In this document: piece by piece, positions 12,593 through 55,061 of the stretch
Numbering within the stretch: the first letter of the stretch is position 1
Layout: each line of letters starts with the position of its first letter
From: Macrostomum lignano
Taxonomy: Eukaryota
Direction: 5' to 3'
DNA length: 64,000 nt
Assembly: GCA_002269645.1 (NCBI GenBank)
Contig: NIVC01001767.1
Coordinates: 62,001 to 126,000 of the forward strand
The notes under the pieces: generated by a model
The model's database searches: none
What the model was told of the DNA's origin: nothing
The model's input: the letters and a program-made list of their open reading frames with translations, nothing else
Translations under genes and position numbers: made by a program

Positions 12593-13544
12593 ACTGCCAA
12601 TGATTTACATGCATGTACACGTAGAAATCAACTTGTAACTGATTTCTAGTACATGTATGTCACTAGTGGAGAAAGTACACATGTACCAGATGAAAGTCAA
12701 AAGACTTATTTTGTTTTTGTACGTGTTTTCTCTCAAGCATTTCACTGTTTCCTGTTTAGCACCATAAGTAAGAAGACAAATTAAATATGCTTTTTTCTTT
12801 CTTAACTTAATTTAAACAAATGGTTTCTAAAGAACACCATAAGCAAGTATTGCAATTATCATATTTTAAACTGTTTTCGCGTGTCATATAAATATTTTAT
12901 TCAGCCTAATATTTCTCTGAGCATATTTGGCTACTATAAAACTTGTTTTAATATTGTCAAAAGCATATCACAACGTGTAGCTATTTAGACTTTATAAATC
13001 ATATTAACAGACTAACCATTTAGCTAATAAAAGTAATCAGAGAAATCCGCCTCAAAATTTATACACTTTTTTTCTGTCCGAAGCATTAGGGCGAAAAAAT
13101 CCGGAAAATGCCTCACCTTTCTTAGAAAAAATACTTGCAGTATTGAAAAGCATCGCACGAGATTGTATTTTTCAAAAAATTGTAGAAAAGTAGCACTTCC
13201 ACCAGATAGTTGATTTTATTCTCTTATGCTCGCTTTGATTTGAATAAATTGTTTGTTTTAATCTTTGCTATGACGTTTTGGTCCTGTTAAAGTTTGCGTT
13301 TTTACTCTAGTATTTTTGCTTGTTAAAATCATATGGCTCACTTTTTGTTAATAGACTACATGTAACTTGTTTTTTTGTTAAAAACAAATGCACGACATTA
13401 AAAACCGGAAGTGTTTATTTTATTTAAACAAAAACGCATTTTTAATTGTCTAAGAAGTCTGCTCATTAAGAGACTAATTAAATTACTGGACATTAGTAAA
13501 AAGTAGATAGATTTTACTAATTTTACACGACTGAACTGTTTGTG

Positions 13545-13665
13545 CACGTCCTTTAGCAAGACGCTTAACTCTGCATTGCTTTAGTTCACCCAGCTGTAAA
13601 GGGTGCCAGCATTAGCTGGGGGTAATTGAGGGTGTGTGGCGACCCCCCCCCCATTTCAACCGTCA
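13545..13665 (+). mobile_element. Partial second copy of the same SINE
   Basis: GTTCACCCAGCTGTAAAGGGTGCCAGCATTAGCTGGGGGTAATTGAGGGTGTGTGGCGACCCCCCC is nearly the reverse complement of 41185-41260. Confidence 0.75.
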
Positions 13666-14549
13666 GGCACGTGCACGCTCTGTGCCTATGGGGTTTGCCC
13701 AGTTATTTTGGCACGAGTAGCCCAAATTAACGAGGCCTTTGGTTTATCTGCTTTACACAATGCGCGTTTGCCAAATTTGCGAAAAAGATCGAGCCTTTGC
13801 TTATAATAAATTGACCGTAAACATAAACAATTATATTAATTATTATATATACCTTACTGTAGTTTAGGTGAATAGTAGATGTATACCTGTCGCTGCAGAT
13901 CAGAACTAAGCCAAAGGAATCACGGAAGTGACTGCAGAGAGAGATTAGGCCCCGGCTAAGCCATGAGAGATAAGAGACGGACAGGCCTTACCTGGCCAAA
14001 TGGGCCTGAAAATTCGAAAAAAAACTCGGCCACCCCCTCTCTCCGGAAAAGTTGCATGCAATGGGGTTTTAGCGATGCCATCAATCACGCGTGCTTTATA
14101 TAGAGGCCTATACAACTTATATGCGGAAAGCAAAGAACCCAACTAAGTAGACTTTTGTAACTTCTCTCTGTGGCCCTGCGATTTTCTTCACCTATGGCTA
14201 TGGCTATATATTAGATATTCGCTCCCGCTATTTCAGTTTGACTATGCCAGGGACGTTTAGATACCTCTGGATTGGCTAATTTCAAAACAGAATGCAACAC
14301 ATTATAACAAAATTATATTGACGATAAATAACCATTAGAAGTTAATTTGAAACCTATCCATGGACTTCTCGAATAAGGACAGTTTTTGTTTATGGTCAAG
14401 GACAAACTCATCTAAGACTTTCGGATATTTTCTGCATAATTTCACCAATCAACTTGTTGGTGTTGTGAGGCTACGAAATTAAGCGCATTTGTTTGTTTCT
14501 TTGCCTGCCACACGAACTGTTTAACACGAACTCTATATATAATTTGGTG

Positions 14550-15041
14550 CAAGGACTTCTAAATCACTCAGGACGGGAAACTCGCAAATCACTGTGAGAC
14601 CGAATTGAAAACTAGCCATCAAAATATTTGGCAACACAACACGCCATGACTTCTCGCTCTCATTTTTTTCGTTTGAAAGTGAAAAAAAAACGATTGCAAA
14701 GTTTAAGCAGCAATTAAAAGTCACTCATTTTGACGCCGAAGGTATTCACTCATTTTGGTACCGCAGGCATTCACTCATTTTGGTGCCGCAGGCATTCACT
14801 CATTTTGGTGCCGCAGGCATTCACTCATTTTGGTGCCGCAGACAGGCACTCATTTTGGTGCCGCAGGCATTCACTCATTTTGGTGCCGCAGACAGGCACT
14901 CATTTTCGTGCCGCAGGCACTCATTTTGGAGCCCTGAAGCAAATTTATTGATATCCATAACGGGTCACAAAGTGAGGTTGAGCCGCATAGTTTTCACCAT
15001 GATTTGTGAATTTCCCGTCCTGAGTGATTAAGACGTCCTTG
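14550..15041. mobile_element. MITE with ~45-bp TIRs carrying an internal minisatellite
   Basis: CAAGGACTTCTAAATCACTCAGGACGGGAAACTCGCAAATCA versus its inverse TGATTTGTGAATTTCCCGTCCTGAGTGATTAAGACGTCCTTG. Flanks ATTTGGTG / ACTTGGAG (6/8). Internal CACTCATTTTGGTGCCGCAGG repeats at ~14722-14930. Confidence 0.72.
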
Positions 15042-15701
15042 ACTTGGAGTTGATTTTTAGATTGAATTACTATAAGCTTGATTATATTGTCTATGGCCGC
15101 TGCTGCAGTGTGTAACAAAATCAATAAAATAAAGTGAAACGTTCTCTTACTACCGAGGCGGCTCCTTGTGCGGTCCAGGTGCCAATCAGAGGTCCCTGGC
15201 ACTAAACCAATATAGAAATGGCAAACAGCTTTAGCAAAGGATAAGAAAAGGTCTATAGGGATTTCTTTTCCCAGCTCTATCCTTCAATCTTTCAGCTGCC
15301 AAAACCTGATGCCCTGGCCGTACCTTGGCTAAAATTTCATCTAATACTTATATGGTATGCTGTATGCAGTAGTATCATATACGAGCGTATATATTTATGT
15401 TGCTATATCTTGCTGAACCCGATGCCCTAAAGCCTATAGCAGCGGGCAGCTTCTAAAGACGTTATCTTGTTAGCAAACTGGCAGAAGAAGATAGGGAGAG
15501 AAAGAGAGTGGAAGAATGGAATGCAGTTTGCGGACCTCTGCCTTTTTCAGTCAGCCAATGAGGCATTTCCTCGCCCCGAGGTTCGAATCGCATATTGCAT
15601 AAATAGGAGAGCTGGACACTGGAATTCCTCCATACAGTTTGAAATCATAGACTTACCGGACCTTCGTCGAACAAACAAATCCCCAATCAACATTCTGTGT
15701 T

Positions 15702-44950
<29,249 letters not shown>

Positions 44951-45106
44951 GTTTTTACGCTAGCTTAGTTTGACTATAACTTTTAATACCTGTATAAAAC
45001 TTCTGTTGTGTGAAAAATCCTTTTTTTAGATCAGATAAGTATGGGATGCCTATTTCATTCTCAAACCAAATATAAAAAAAATTTAATTTAATTAAATAAG
45101 ATTTAT

Positions 45107-46828
45107 GGGGATCAGACTGGAGGGGATCAGACTAGAGGCGATCAGACTGAAGGGGTCCAGACTTAAAGGGATCAGACTGGAGGGGATCAGACCGAAGGGG
45201 ATCAGACTGGAGGGATCAGACTGAAGTGGATCAGACTGGAGGGGTCCAGACTTCAGGGGATCAGACTGGAGGGGATCAGACTGGAGGGGATCAGACTGAA
45301 GGGGATCAGACTGGAGGGGATCAGACTGGAGGGGATCAGACTGGAGGGGATCAGACTGGAGGGGATCAGACTGGAGGGGATCAGACTGGAGTGGATCAGA
45401 CTGGAGGGGATCAGACTGGAGGGGATCAGACTGAAGAGGATCAGACTGGAGGGGATCAGACTGGAGGGGATCAGACTGAAGGGGATCAGACTGGAGGGGA
45501 TCAGACTGGAGGGGATCAGACTGGAGGGGATCAGACTGGAGAGGATCAGACTGGAGGGGATCAGACTGGAGGGGATCAGACTGGAGGGGATCAGACTGGA
45601 GGGGATCAGACTGGAGGGGATCAGACTGGAGGGGATCAGACTGGAGGGGATCAGACTGGAGGGGATCAGACTGGAGGGGATCAGACCGAAGGGGATCAGA
45701 CTGGAGGGGATCAGACTGGAGGGGATCAGACCGAAGGGGATCAGACTGGAGGGGATCAGACTGGAGAGGATCAGACTGGAGGGGATCAGACTGGAGGGGA
45801 TCAGACTGGAGGGGATCAGACTGGAGGGGATCAGACTGGAGGGGATCAGACTGGAGGGGATCAGACTGGAAGGGATCAGACTGGAGGGGATCAGACTGGA
45901 GGGGATCAGACTGGAGGGGATCAGACTGGAGGGGATCAGACTGGAGGGGATCAGACTGGAGGGGATCAGACTGAAGGGGATCAGACTGGAGGGGATCAGA
46001 CTGGAGGGGATCAGACTGAAGGGGATCAGACTGGAGGGGATCAGACTGGAGGGGATCAGACTGGAGGGGATCAGACTGGAGGGGATCAGACTGGAGGGGA
46101 TCAGACTGGAGGGGATCAGACTGGAGGGGATCAGACTGGAGGGGATCAGACTGGAGGGGATCAGACCGAAGGGGATCAGACTGGAGGGGATCAGACTGGA
46201 GGGGATCAGACCGAAGGGGATCAGACTGGAGGGGATCAGACTGGAGAGGATCAGACTGGAGGGGATCAGACTGGAGGGGATCAGACTGGAGGGGATCAGA
46301 CTGGAGGGGATCAGACTGGAGGGGATCAGACTGGAGGGGATCAGACTGGAAGGGATCAGACTGGAGGGGATCAGACTGGAGGGGATCAGACTGGAGGGGA
46401 TCAGACTGGAGGGGATCAGACTGGAGGGGATCAGACTGGAGGGGATCAGACTGGAGGGGATCAGACCGAAGGGGATCAGACCGAAGGGGATCAGACTGGA
46501 GGGGATCAGACTGGAGGGGATCAGACCGAAGGGGATCAGACTGGAGGGGATCAGACTGGAGAGGATCAGACTGGAGGGGATCAGACTGGAGGGGATCAGA
46601 CTGGAGGGGATCAGACTGGAGGGGATCAGACTGGAGGGGATCAGACTGGAGGGGATCAGACTGGAGGGGATCAGACTGGAGGGGATCAGACTGGAGGGGA
46701 TCAGACTGGAGGGGATCAGACTGGAGGGGATCAGACTGGAGGGGATCAGACTGGAGGGGATCAGACTGGAGGGGATCAGACTGGAGGGGATCAGACTGGA
46801 GGGGATCAGACTGGAAGGGGATCAAACT
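45107..46828. repeat. 15-bp satellite GGGATCAGACTGGAG, ~115 copies
   Basis: Stop-free in several frames (DQTGG / SDPLQ ORFs); internal 480-bp duplication. Confidence 0.98.
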
Positions 46829-47741
46829 GAAAGAACCTACACAGATTTTGTACACTTTTTTGCTTTTGCATGGTGAATTTTGCTTGCTTAATTTGAATAC
46901 ATTAACCTTAGCGACGAACTCCACGTGGTTTCATGAACAAATTATTGTTTGTCATCTATTTATGCGCCCTGGAAGGCTCCGCCTCCTCTAACTATTAGAA
47001 ACTTGCCATTGAAGATTTAAACAAAACATGTAAAAGTTGTTTTTTAGAGATTGCAAAGAATTGAGTTTTAACTGTTTTACAACAGCATACGGAATATCAA
47101 AAACGTAATTATTTATTATTTTTAAACATGGACAAGTGTGATATGAAAACATTGTGCAGACTGAAATTTAGGTTTGGCATGTTTCGTCATACTAATATAT
47201 TTGTGCACTTTTGCCATTCAGATAAATATACTCACCTGAAGAAATTTATAAAACAGTTTTATAAACTATTTTGTATACACTAAATAACGCGCTTGCTTTC
47301 TTTATACATGGTCAAACACAGAATTCGAATGTAGTTTAAAATTTCAGATACGCTAAATATCTGAGCTTACTACTGTAAGTAGTACGACAACAATAAGAAA
47401 TAAAAGTATTTGAAAGAAAGTCGTTCGTGTGATATAAAACTATGAAAACAAATATCATATTAAATATTATATTTACTTTCGATATATTTCTTATCCAGAG
47501 AGAACTTAACATTACGCTAATTGTAAAAATGTATGACATAATAATTAGCATGTAACTACATTTACATGTACGAGCATATATGCTTTCGCAAGTAAAACAT
47601 TATTAACATGTTATAAGTCACAGTTTTCGTGCTGTGGTGATATACGGGCGCGCGTATTATATCGTAAAATATTGCTGCTGTAATGATTGCTTTATTAAGT
47701 ACTTCAGTAAAGAGAAAGGAAGCGTGAAGCAATCGCGCACC

Positions 47742-50700
47742 CACCCCCTCACTCCGCACCCGCCACCTCACTCCGCACCCACCACCTCACTCCGCACCCG
47801 CCACCTCACTCCGCACTCACCACCTCACTCCGCACCCACCACCTCACTCCGCACCCGCCACCTCACTCCGCACCCACCACCTCACTCTGCACCCACCACC
47901 TCACTCCGCACCCGCCACCTAACGCCGTACCCACCACCTCACAAGGACAACTTAAGTAGAAGGACGCAACTTTCTCTGACACTGTTAAGAGACCCAATAA
48001 CTGTTTTCGTGTTGAAAATCGTGAAATTTCCTATCTCCGTAGTGTATTTTTCCGGTGAAACCTGCCTTTAAAACTATTTCTGAACGAAAAGCTTTATGAA
48101 TATCGATAAAGCAATAAGAAAGGCACAACATATCAAAAGATGAACACTGGATCTGCCTCCTATCAAAAGCAGTAACAATTTTTGTGCTGAAAAAATTAAA
48201 ACCTCCGATCTCTGTAGTGTATTTTTCGGCGAAAAGTTGCCTTCAAAACATTACCATCGATTTCGAGTGTAGCTTCCTATATACTCGTATATGTTACTTG
48301 AGTAGTCCTTGCCACCCCACTCCGCACCCACCACCTCACTCCGCACCCACCACCTAACGCCGTACCCACCATCTCACTCCGCACCCACCACCTAACGCCG
48401 TACCCACCATCTCACTCCGCACCCACCACCTAACGCCGTACCCACCACCTCACTCCGCACTTACCACCTCGATCCCAGCCGCACTCATTAACTTAAGTAC
48501 AGCAACAGAATACAAATATAACTATCTATTTAGTAAACTCGTAGCTTCTCAAATTAGCTCGCTTGTAGACGCGACTCTTCGGAGTTTTCTGATCTCGACG
48601 GTGACCGCGGCGTTTCTCAGTCTCGTCAGAGTAGAAGTAGTAATACGCGTCAGGACTCCTCTGGTAGGAAGCTGTCAGGAATGTGAAAGAGGCACAGGAT
48701 TATAATAGTTTACCAATTTCAATCGCTTAATAACTCTCTATCCTTCAGGGGTAGAGTGGCTCGGAGATGCGCTCAATAGGGCCAACCCGCACCTTGCCTC
48801 CATGCTAGATAAAGTTTGTATATAGGTCTAAATCCATCTTCATCTGAGCTCCTACACGAGCCAGAGTTGCTGCTCACCATGCACAATATTTCCAGTCGAA
48901 CTGTTTGTCCTACGGTAATCGATCTCGTCCATTGTCAGATAGCGCTTGTAGCCAAGCGGAGATTGAGTCTGAGAGCGATGCGACTCAACGCGCTGCCGCT
49001 GCTCCAGACGATGAAGTCCCTCAGCTTCATAGCCCGACATCCGGGGCGTAGGCAATTCAGGCTTAGCGTCGACTTCTTCAACCGTCTCAAGCTCGCGCAC
49101 CTCGGTCCACTTCTGCAGCCGAACTGGCGTCGTCACCCGCCTCCTGGACAGGCCGTCTCGCGACTTCCGCTCGGCAAACTCCTTCGCCGCATCGAGATTC
49201 GAAGCCGCAGTTCCTGCTGTCCTGGCGCGAGTAGAAGCAGACTGCATTGTCTTCCTCGAGCTCAACTGAGCACCATCGTCCGCTAAGTATCTTCTGTAAC
49301 CAACTACTCCGTCGAATTCTTCATTGACGCCTCTGTCCAACCCAGAGTCTGCAGCTGCAGTTACCAACGGAATTGTCTCGTAGACTGTCCATTCTTCTTT
49401 GAGAAATTTATTGTCATCTTCTGTTTTGTAGTCTGAGGAAGATTTATTGAGCACTGACGGCCGGCCATCCGTCGATTCCATGGCTTCTCGTCTGAGTCGC
49501 TGTTCAGAGTAGAGCTGCTGACGGGCAAAAGCTGCTGAAGATGTTGTTGTTGCTCTTGCGGCGCTTGTTTTGGTTGTAGCCCTGGCAACAGCGGGGCCTA
49601 CTGGCTCTGGCAGAAGGACGGTGCGGTCGGGCGTCTGGGATGGAGGCGTCTCGGCGTAAACGGCCCACTCGTCGGCTTTGTAGAGTTCAGATTGCTGCTG
49701 GTGCTGACTGCCGGTTGAAGGTTTTTAATATACAGTTTAGTGATGGATCAACTAGACTTTATGGACATATTCAGGCGATGGGATGGTAGGGTGGGTCTGG
49801 AGTGAGGGGGTGGGTGTGAAGTGAGGGGTGGGTCTGGAGTGAGGGGGTGGGTCAGGAGTGAGGGGGTGGGTGTGAAGTGAGGGGGTGGGTGTGAAGTGAG
49901 ATGGTGGGTCTGGAGTGAGGGGGTGGGTGCGAAGTGAGATGGTGGGTCTGGAGTGAGGGGGTGGGTGCGAAGTGAGGTGGTGAGTCTGGAGTGAGGGGGT
50001 GGGTGTGAAGTGAGGTGGTGGGTGTTGAGTCAGGTGGTGGGTGTGAAGTGAGATGGTTGGCGTGAAATTAGGTGGCTGATGGCGTCAGAGGGAGGATGCA
50101 AAATGATGTGGCGTGGTGGTGGGTGGATGTTAGGCTTGGGAGTTGTATGAAAGGGATGCGTTCAATTAAAAGGCTTGCGGATGTTACAATGGACTTATAC
50201 ACCTATACTTCGGCACATTTTTACTCAAACCTTCGATCGGAACTTCCTCTCTCCTGCTTGGATTTCTTGGGCTCCGGCTCCTCTGCGTAAACTGCCCACT
50301 CGTCGGCTTTGTAGCGTTCAGATTGCTGCTGCTGCTGGTGGTGACTGCCGGTTAAAGAATTTTTTAATAAACACTTTAGTGGTGAATCGACTAGACTGAG
50401 ATTATGCGCCCTAGACTCAAATGGACTAGAATTAAATTTGGGCGAAGGTGTGTTGGTGTGGGTCTGGACTGAGGTGTTGGGTGATGAGTGAGGTGGTGGG
50501 TTTTCAGTGAGGTGGTGGGTGTTAAGTGAGGTGGTGGGTGTTGAGCGAGGTGGTGGGTTTTCAGTGAGGTGGTGGGTGTTAAGTGAGGTGGTGGGTGTTG
50601 AGCGAGGTGGTGGGTGTTGAGTGAGGAGGTGGGTGTTAAGTGAGGTGGTGGGTGCGGAGTGAGGTGGTGGGTGTGGAGTGAGGTGGTGGGTGCGGAGTGA

Positions 50701-52360
50701 GGTGGTGGGTGCGGAGTGAGGTGGTGGGTGTGGTCAGTGGCATACGCAGACGGGGGCAGGGGGCGCACGCTCCAATCGCTCAACGACACCAAATATTGAC
50801 GCTTGCATTCCTGCTTGCACCACTGGGTGTGGAGATGATTAGCGTGGAGTGAGGTGGTTGGCGTGGCCGTGGAGTGAGGTGGTTGGCGTGGCCGTGGAGA
50901 GAGGTAGTTGGCGTGGAGTAAGATATTTCGGGTGTGAACTGATATTGCGTGTTGTGGAGTGGGTGTTGAGCAAAGGAGTCGCATGAAAGATATCTGTCGA
51001 ATTAAAAAGCTTGCCGATGATACAGTACATTGTGCACTTTAAAAAATAGCAGTGTCCATTTTTACACAAACCTTCGATCGGAACTTCCTCTTTCCTGCTT
51101 GGATTTCTTGGGCTCCGTCCCCTCGGCGTACACCGCCCACTCGTCGGCAGCATAGACCCCCCGATCGCCGGTTCCCTTCGACCCCATCGACAAGTCGCTA
51201 TTGACGACCTGCAGCTTAGAGGGCCGGCCGACTTCGGCAAAACCGATCACAGTTGAACTGCTGGGTCTCCTGGACCTCTGCTGCTGCCGCTTACCCCCGG
51301 CTACTCGAGGACTTCTCAGCTCGCCAGCTGAGCGAATCATCTGGGAGAACATGTTCACCTGAGAGCTGACGTGTCCCGGCCTGACCCCGTCGCGCAGGCG
51401 ATGTTGTTGTTGTTGATGCTGATCATGACGAAGTCTTGGCCCGGTGACTATCAGATTGCCGCTTCTGTTGTCTACGATGGAGTTCCTGCGAGCCATGGCT
51501 ACTTATTACTGGCCTGCATGCATGTGCCATTTTCACAGAGAGGAAACAGTTTTATAGCCCCAACCTCGTGGGAACCTCAGCCTCACCAGCCACAAGAATG
51601 CGCACACTTTCCACATGTAGTTTCTATTATTGCTTTCCTGTTCTGTCGCGTATTTTAATAAATGGAGAAATCTTTCATACGTCACAGAGGCGTGACAACT
51701 AAATCGCTGTGTTATTTGTATGGGCGTATTCGCTATAGTACTTGTAGCTATTTGTGCAGCCGGTCGAAAACTCGTAAAATGCTCGTATGAGCTCGAAGTA
51801 AAAAAACAATCATTTAGACATGGATCAGAGGATTCGTGAATAAAAGTTACACCGTATTACACAAGCATAAAAGTAATATCTATACATAAGTTGAAAACAT
51901 TATACGGTACCAAACATTCAAAATATGTGTACAACTAGGAGTAAAATTTACCCTCGTACTTCATGTACATAGAATTATAACAGTCATTAATTATGTTTGC
52001 CACCTTACTCCATGCCTAAAATGTTTCCCATGCCCCACCACCTCACTACTTTACCCACCACCTCACTCCCTTACCAACAACCTCACTACTTTACCCACCA
52101 CCTCACTACTTTAACTTTACCCACCACCTCACTCCCTTACCAACAACCTCACTACTTTACCCACCACCTCACTACTTTACCCACCACCTCACTCCTTTAC
52201 CCACCACCTCACTCCCTTACCAACAACCTCACTCCCTTACCAACAACCTCACTACTTTACCCACCACCTCACTACTTTACCCACCACCTCACTCCCTTAC
52301 CCACCACCTTACTCCCTTACCAACAACCTCACTACTTTACCCACCACCTCACTCCCTTAC
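47742..52360. repeat. Dispersed CCACCACCTCACTCC-core arrays (47742-47940, 48313-48470, 49792-50075 inverted, 50465-50900 inverted, 52036-52360)
   Basis: Shared core with different unit lengths, in both orientations. The range is not continuous repeat. Confidence 0.88.
48526..51496 (-). CDS. Uncharacterised low-complexity protein (~504 aa) with three YxADEWAVYAE repeats from exon duplication
   Basis: Exons 51496-51072, 50344-50231, 49707-48878, 48671-48526 total 1515 nt = 505 codons. All GT-AG, phases 2/2/1, ATG to TAG with no internal stop. No recognisable domain. Confidence 0.7.
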
Positions 52361-53031
52361 TTTAACACACCAATCCTTTGCCCCGCCAACCAAATTGAAA
52401 AGATCAAGAAACAAACGAGAAAGTTTATAATTACGAGCTATCAGAGATAAAAACTGGTCTGGGCAATTCGACTTAAAAAATCGCTCGAATTGGCCAGAAA
52501 TACCGCAATAACCGCTGCCGCGGAAAATTAACGCAGCGGCAACATATATTTACGATCGTGATTTAGTAAAACAAAATTTATGTAGTATTTGAATGTTCCA
52601 TTTACTCGTAGCAGTAAACTATTTTACAATTGACGCAAGCAATTACAAATGATATTAGATGATAAAATACTGGATTCAGAGCTGGGCATGGATTATGTTT
52701 TTAAAACGCACCACAATATAGAAGCCATTAGCGACAATATAAATTTATATTATAAAAATAAAGCAAAGGAAACTTTACATGCTCAACATGTTAAACATTT
52801 GAGAGGCAACCATATATCCCTAACCATAAAAAGGCCATGGAAGAAACAAACGCATTTATAAAATATCATATATATGTGATCAATTTGCATTGGCACCAAT
52901 ATTTGAAATAAAATCGCTGCGTGCATCATTGGCAGACTGAATAGATAGTAGAAATGGAAAAACATTGTTGGAGCATGGCACTGATTTTCATAGTTGCAGA
53001 AAATCAAGCTGAGATAAATCTGAGGACTTAA

Positions 53032-54200
53032 GGTCACTCGGACACGAATTTATTTAGACACAAAGTCACTCAAGAAAAAAGTCACTTAAACACAAAGTCA
53101 CTCGGACACAAAGTCATATTTGAACATAATGTCACTTGGGCACAGTCATTTGAACACAATCACTCGGACACAAAGTCGACCGGAAACAAAGTCATTTAAA
53201 CACAATCACTCGGACACAAAGTCGACCGGAAAAAAAGTCATTTAAACACAGTCACTCGGACACAAAATAATTTAAACACAGTCACTCAGACACAAAATAA
53301 TTTAAACACAGTCACTCAGACACAAAATAATTTAAACACAGTCACTCGGACACAAAATAATTTAAACACAGTCACTCGGACACAAAGTCACTCGGACACA
53401 AAGTCACTCGGACACAAAGTCACTCGGACACAAAGTTACTCGGACACAAAGTCACACGGACACAGTCAGTCGGACAAAAAGTTACTCGGACACAAAGTCA
53501 TTCGGACACAAAGTCACTCGGACACAAAGTCACTCGGACACAAAGTCATTTGAACATAATGTCACTTGGGCACAGTCATTTGAACACAATCACTCGGACA
53601 CAAAGTCGACCGGAAACAAAGTCATTTAAACGCAATCACTCGGACACAAAATAATTTAAACACAGTCACTCGGACACAAAATAATTTAAACACAGTCACT
53701 CAGACACAAAATAATTTAAACACAGTCACTCGGACACAAAATAATTTAAACACAGTCACTCGGACACATAATAATTTAAAAACAGTCACTCGGACAAAAA
53801 GTCATTTAAACACAAAGTCACTCGGACACAAAGTCACTCGGACATAAAGTCACTCGGACACAAAGTTACTCGGACACAAAGTCACACGGACACAGTCACT
53901 CGGACACAAAGTTACTCGGACACAAAGTCACTCGGACACAAAGTCACTCGGACACAAAGTCATTTGAACATAATGTCACTTGGGCACAGTCATTTGAACA
54001 CAATCACTCGGACACAAAGTCGACCGGAAACAAAGTCATTTAAACACAGTCACTCGGACACAAAAAAATTTAAACACAGTCACTCGGACACAAAATAATT
54101 TAAACACAGTCACTCGGACACAAAATAATTTAAACACAGTCACTCGGACACAAAATAATTTAAACACAGTCACTCGGACACAAAGTCAACCCGACACAAA
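53032..54200. repeat. CACTCGGACACAAAGT-based array with ~420-bp higher-order units
   Basis: Diagnostic block GAACATAATGTCACTTGGGCACAGTC recurs near 53120, 53550 and 53965. Confidence 0.93.
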
Positions 54201-54417
54201 ATCATCATTAAGTCAAAAAGTTCAGTACAGTGCTGGAAAGAGACTTCAGTTAAAAACAGATTGATATACAATTACTTGTAAAACAATACCGCAAATTTAT
54301 AATACGAACAATCTTTCATGTGAGTAGCAGTTTTGTTAAGCTCGGACAATGCGGACACAAAATGACGGACATGAGAAGAGTTGAGATTGAGTTTTCCCCA
54401 AGTCTCTAATGACGTCA

Positions 54418-54998
54418 TCAAGCAGACCAGCGCTGCTCAAGAAACAGATCGGCGTCTCTGCACAACAGCTGCATCTCAGAGTGAACCCGACTCCCCGGCG
54501 CCGCTCCGCCGTACAACTCGTCCAACAGCTCCGGCTTAGTCAGGCATTGAAACGCATCGGCCAGACGGTCGTGCGACTTCTGGGTCACGTGATCGCCTAA
54601 CAGCCGGTCCAGCAGATCGCGGAACTCGTTCAGCAGTCCGATCAGATGCTGCCGATCGTAGGTGAAATCTACCCGGTGGAAACTAATCAGGGTCATTAGC
54701 AGGTGGCGCAGTCGGGCATTGAGCTGCCGGCCAATAGCCAATTCGGCGTCGTTAAACTGCTCATTCTTGGCCAACAGGGCGGCTTTAACTGCCACTTTGA
54801 TGAGATTTTTAACCGTTTTATCCGCGTCTCTGCGCGAGTTGAGGCAGAGAGACACGAGCTTGTGCAGCCGGTCCAGCAAGCCGCTGGCCAGATCGTCCAG
54901 CACCACTCGGGCGCATTTTCGGGTGGAAAACCTGCTGGCTAATTTCTTTTGCGCTTTTAAACTGACGGCCGAGACGCTGAAGTCTGAGCCGGCTGACA
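54418..54998 (-). CDS. TNFAIP8: TNFAIP8/TIPE-family protein (main coding exon; start-codon exon upstream not identified)
   Basis: SLKAQKKLASRF..VVLDDLASGLLDRL..DKTVKNLIKVAVK..NEQFN..MTLISFHRVDFTYDR..HVTQKSHDR matches the family as I recall it. The track start is a GTG at an acceptor (TTCCAG|TG), so a phase-1 upstream exon is required. Confidence 0.9.
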
Positions 54999-55061
54999 CT
55001 GGAATTAAAATTTATTGAAACTACTGTAAGTAGGATTAACTGGCCGTTTTACAAGCTCGAA

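Noticed and set aside
45092-46924. 610-aa SDPLQ and 534-aa DQTGG repeat proteins
   Set aside because: A 15-bp satellite lacking stops by composition; no unique coding flanks or splice support.
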